Shown one piece after another: positions 61,333 through 64,000 of a stretch of DNA of 64,000 nucleotides. The notes beneath the pieces were generated by a model. The model was not told where the DNA came from. It saw only the letters and a program-made list of their open reading frames with translations, and did not search any database. Made by a program: the position numbers and the translations under genes. The DNA is from a virus: the IMG/VR virus record IMGVR_UViG_3300048925_000129, one strand, 5' to 3'. Numbering within the stretch: the first letter of the stretch is position 1; every line of letters starts with the position of its first letter.

Positions 61333-64000
61333 GTGATTGATATATCAAAACTATACAAAAAACTTCAAGAATCCAACCTAGACTTTTTCGAGGATGGAGG
61401 ACCATATGACCCTTATACAGATACTCCTGATGGAGTTCTAGAGAGTCAGTACTTAGGGAATGATACTTTATCAATCCCTTTTCCTGTTCCTAGTCAAAGG
61501 GACATAGACTATGCTTTAAACTACACAGGAGATCCAGATTTACAACCTATTGATCAAAGTGATGCTCCAGGTGTAATGATTCCTAATATTGATTTATCAC
61601 AAGGTAATACCAGTTCTGTTTTTCAAAGGGTAGGTACGACTCCACATGAGATAGGTACACTAGCTGATGAGCTTAAGGCTTCTTTAGGTATAAGTGTTCC
61701 TACCAATAATTCTATGGTTCCAACTCCTGGTCAAAGACCTGCACCAGTAGCTCCTACCAACCATGATGTTAGAAACTATGATAGTGGATCTTTTGCTGAT
61801 GCTTGGAAACAGGCTAGAAGTTCAGTAGGACCAAATGGAACATTCACATACAAAGGTAAAAGATATAATACTTTAGCTGCTACAGATTCTGGAGCAAAAG
61901 TTTCTGTTGGATCTGGAGCAAGAATTCCTTCAAGATCTTCAAGTGGTTTATCAGGAGAACAGGTTGATTATAACAATTTGGTCAACTTAGTTGAAGGAAC
62001 CCCTAATATAGCTGCTCTTAAAAATTATAGCCCACAAGCACTTAGACAAATTCTTTCAGATAATGTCGGTTCTGGTGAGGCTCAGCAACTAGTTAGACAG
62101 GCTCTTAATGGGACCTCAACTCCAAGCTCAGCTTCTGTTATTAATCAGTCTGACATCAATAAGTTATCTGATATTGGTTTACCTAAGAAAAGAGATGTTG
62201 CTCAAAAACCAGCTTCAACCAATCCTGGAAAACCAGCAGACGGATACAACCCAAAAAACGATACATTTACTATTAATGGTACATCATATACCAGAGCAAG
62301 ATTAAATGCTGTAAATGCCCAGTTAGCTAAGTCTATAGAGGGTGGAGAATCTAAACATGGGTTCCCTAAAATTTATAGAACCCAACAAATCATTAACAGA
62401 AATAAAGAGTTAATGGAAGATGCTCAAAATTATAAAAATGAGCAGAAGATAAATGACATGAGATTTGATTCAGCTTCTCAGTCAATTATCTACAACGGTA
62501 AAAGATACAATGTGAATAACAAATCAGAACAAGATAAATTAACTGGACTACTAGGAGAACTACCATTATTCGGTAGAGGTAACTATGGTAGTGGTTATGA
62601 TAAATACAACAAAATTAAGAATGCTCTTCCAAAGAAAGCCTTAGGGGGAGAAATTCCTAGTATGGCTATAGGAGGACCCCTTCCTTTACCATTAAATAGA
62701 ACTTCTACTTTCCCAGGACTTCAGGATGCCATGTCATCTTTAGTTGATCCTACAACAGGGCAAGTGGTGAGTTCTAATACTAATCAACCTAATCAAGGAC
62801 AGTTACAACTAACTCCAGAGATGGATGCTAGATTACAGGCATCTGGACAGAATCAGTTTCAAAGTTTTATTGGAGATAACGGACAGATGAGAATTCAAAC
62901 CGATGCCGACAGGAACTTAAATATTGGAACTGCTCAAAGTGATATTGAAAGATATTATGTTGACCCAAAAACAGGGCAGCCAAGACCAATAACCATTAAG
63001 CAAGGTCAAAATTATGATCTGGGATTAGATGCTTTGTATAACTCACAAGGAGTACAAAACACTGTTAATGCTAATAGTGATAAAGCATATAACCAGCAAA
63101 TGGCAATGTTAGGAATGCTTCAGAATCAGCAGTCTTATGATGTTCCAGAAGACTTAAGAATGTTAGGTCAATCTTTAGCTTTTAATGCTAACAAAAATTC
63201 TAAATACACGAATGATGTTGACAGAGGTATTGCAACAGGATTAAACGTTACCAGAGGTGTAGCTGCTGGATTAGATGCACTAGTTGGAGGAGCCAGAGAA
63301 CTTTACTCAGGATATGCCTACCAACAAAGACAACAAAATACTGAAGATGCTTTCTATAGAGGTCAAAGAAGAAGATTGGAAAATCAGCAACTAAGATATG
63401 CTGATGGTGGTGAAGTTGTGAATCAACTTTTAGCAATGTTTGCTGAGGGAGGACAAAACCCTAAAGATCTAGCTGCTGCTTTCGGAAAACAGGATGATAG
63501 ACCAGACCTATCTGAATCTGCTTTATTAACAGGAGAATACATTCAACAAGCTCCTCCTCAAGCAGTGGTGGAACCTAATGCTGAACTAGAAAGAAATGAG
63601 TTTGTGCAACATACTGATGGAGAAGTTCAACAGGTAGTTGGTAGAACTCACGGACAAGGAGGTGAAAGACTTGCTTTAGAACCAGGAACAATGGTTGTTT
63701 CAGATAAAGTTAAGCTTGGAGCAAAGAATGCTAAACTAATTAATAAAGAGTATGACCTTGGAATTAAAGCTGGAGACACTTATGCAAAAGTGGTTGAAAA
63801 GTATACTAAGAAAATAGGATTATCTAAATTAAATGATGATCAAGAAGGATACTTTGACAAGCTTAAGAAAGTTTCTGATCAAGCTGAAGCTGGAGCTGGA
63901 AACGAAAAAGAGTCTCAAACTGCTGAAATTAACAACTCATTCTTATCAGACAAGATAAACGATTTGGAGCAGCAAAAAGCACTTGCAGAACAATATAGAA
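61333..64000 (+). CDS. Large virion cargo/ejection protein, truncated by window end (missing from ORF track)
   Basis: GTG start MIDISKLY; repeated FEDGG/KALGG/MAIGG/YADGG/FAEGG motifs; PNAELERNE...GRTHGQGG motif. Confidence 0.8.
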   Translation, partial: MIDISKLYKKLQESNLDFFEDGGPYDPYTDTPDGVLESQYLGNDTLSIPFPVPSQRDIDYALNYTGDPDLQPIDQSDAPGVMIPNIDLSQGNTSSVFQRVGTTPHEIGTLADELKASLGISVPTNNSMVPTPGQRPAPVAPTNHDVRNYDSGSFADAWKQARSSVGPNGTFTYKGKRYNTLAATDSGAKVSVGSGARIPSRSSSGLSGEQVDYNNLVNLVEGTPNIAALKNYSPQALRQILSDNVGSGEAQQLVRQALNGTSTPSSASVINQSDINKLSDIGLPKKRDVAQKPASTNPGKPADGYNPKNDTFTINGTSYTRARLNAVNAQLAKSIEGGESKHGFPKIYRTQQIINRNKELMEDAQNYKNEQKINDMRFDSASQSIIYNGKRYNVNNKSEQDKLTGLLGELPLFGRGNYGSGYDKYNKIKNALPKKALGGEIPSMAIGGPLPLPLNRTSTFPGLQDAMSSLVDPTTGQVVSSNTNQPNQGQLQLTPEMDARLQASGQNQFQSFIGDNGQMRIQTDADRNLNIGTAQSDIERYYVDPKTGQPRPITIKQGQNYDLGLDALYNSQGVQNTVNANSDKAYNQQMAMLGMLQNQQSYDVPEDLRMLGQSLAFNANKNSKYTNDVDRGIATGLNVTRGVAAGLDALVGGARELYSGYAYQQRQQNTEDAFYRGQRRRLENQQLRYADGGEVVNQLLAMFAEGGQNPKDLAAAFGKQDDRPDLSESALLTGEYIQQAPPQAVVEPNAELERNEFVQHTDGEVQQVVGRTHGQGGERLALEPGTMVVSDKVKLGAKNAKLINKEYDLGIKAGDTYAKVVEKYTKKIGLSKLNDDQEGYFDKLKKVSDQAEAGAGNEKESQTAEINNSFLSDKINDLEQQKALAEQYR

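Noticed and set aside
21402-63436. Short minus-strand and off-frame ORFs within the structural module
   Set aside because: They overlap long, well-supported plus-strand genes and show no recognisable motifs.
1-64000. Genome-wide TAG reassignment (code 15)
   Set aside because: Long genes are intact in the standard code; the two apparent ORF gaps (1-1629, 61333-64000) are genes truncated by the window edges.

Overview
A 64-kb segment of a large, AT-rich, crAss-like (Crassvirales-related) podophage of a Bacteroidota host. Host assignment rests on repeated Bacteroidota sigma-A promoters (TTTG ... TAnnTTTG, about 32 nt end to end) and A-rich translation starts. The minus-strand left arm (1-19.0 kb) carries RecA, a DEDDh exonuclease, an SSB candidate, ClpP-like and GIY-YIG proteins. 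It also carries a ~12-kb translation-support island: 25 tRNA genes covering all 20 amino acids (one is an amber suppressor), tRNA-like remnants, three free-standing endonucleases, YqeY, a PTH2-like hydrolase, an Acb2/Tad1-like sponge and a TROVE/vWA (Ro60-like, DUF2828) gene. The plus-strand right arm (19.6-64 kb) is the virion module: terminase, portal, scaffold, major capsid, ring/auxiliary proteins, modular tail fibres/spikes, GH108 lysis cassette, T5 A1-like nuclease, muzzle and cargo proteins. Four signals stand out. (1) Two unannotated leader-peptide/terminator attenuators each head a tRNA block, and each leader's 5' codons match the amino acids of the tRNAs downstream; together the two leaders partition the 20 amino acids 11+9, suggesting a tRNA-depletion sensor that switches on phage tRNAs. 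(2) A tandem array of seven Y-RNA-like units (covarying terminal stem plus conserved ACAGCAAAU) lies next to the Ro60-like gene and carries circularly permuted tRNAs or anticodon-loop mimics. (3) An amber suppressor tRNA sits directly upstream of a PTH2-like gene that has an in-frame TAG. (4) Two endonuclease cassettes split a tRNA gene and supply a replacement 5' half. All protein family calls are by eye from motifs, not from database searches.
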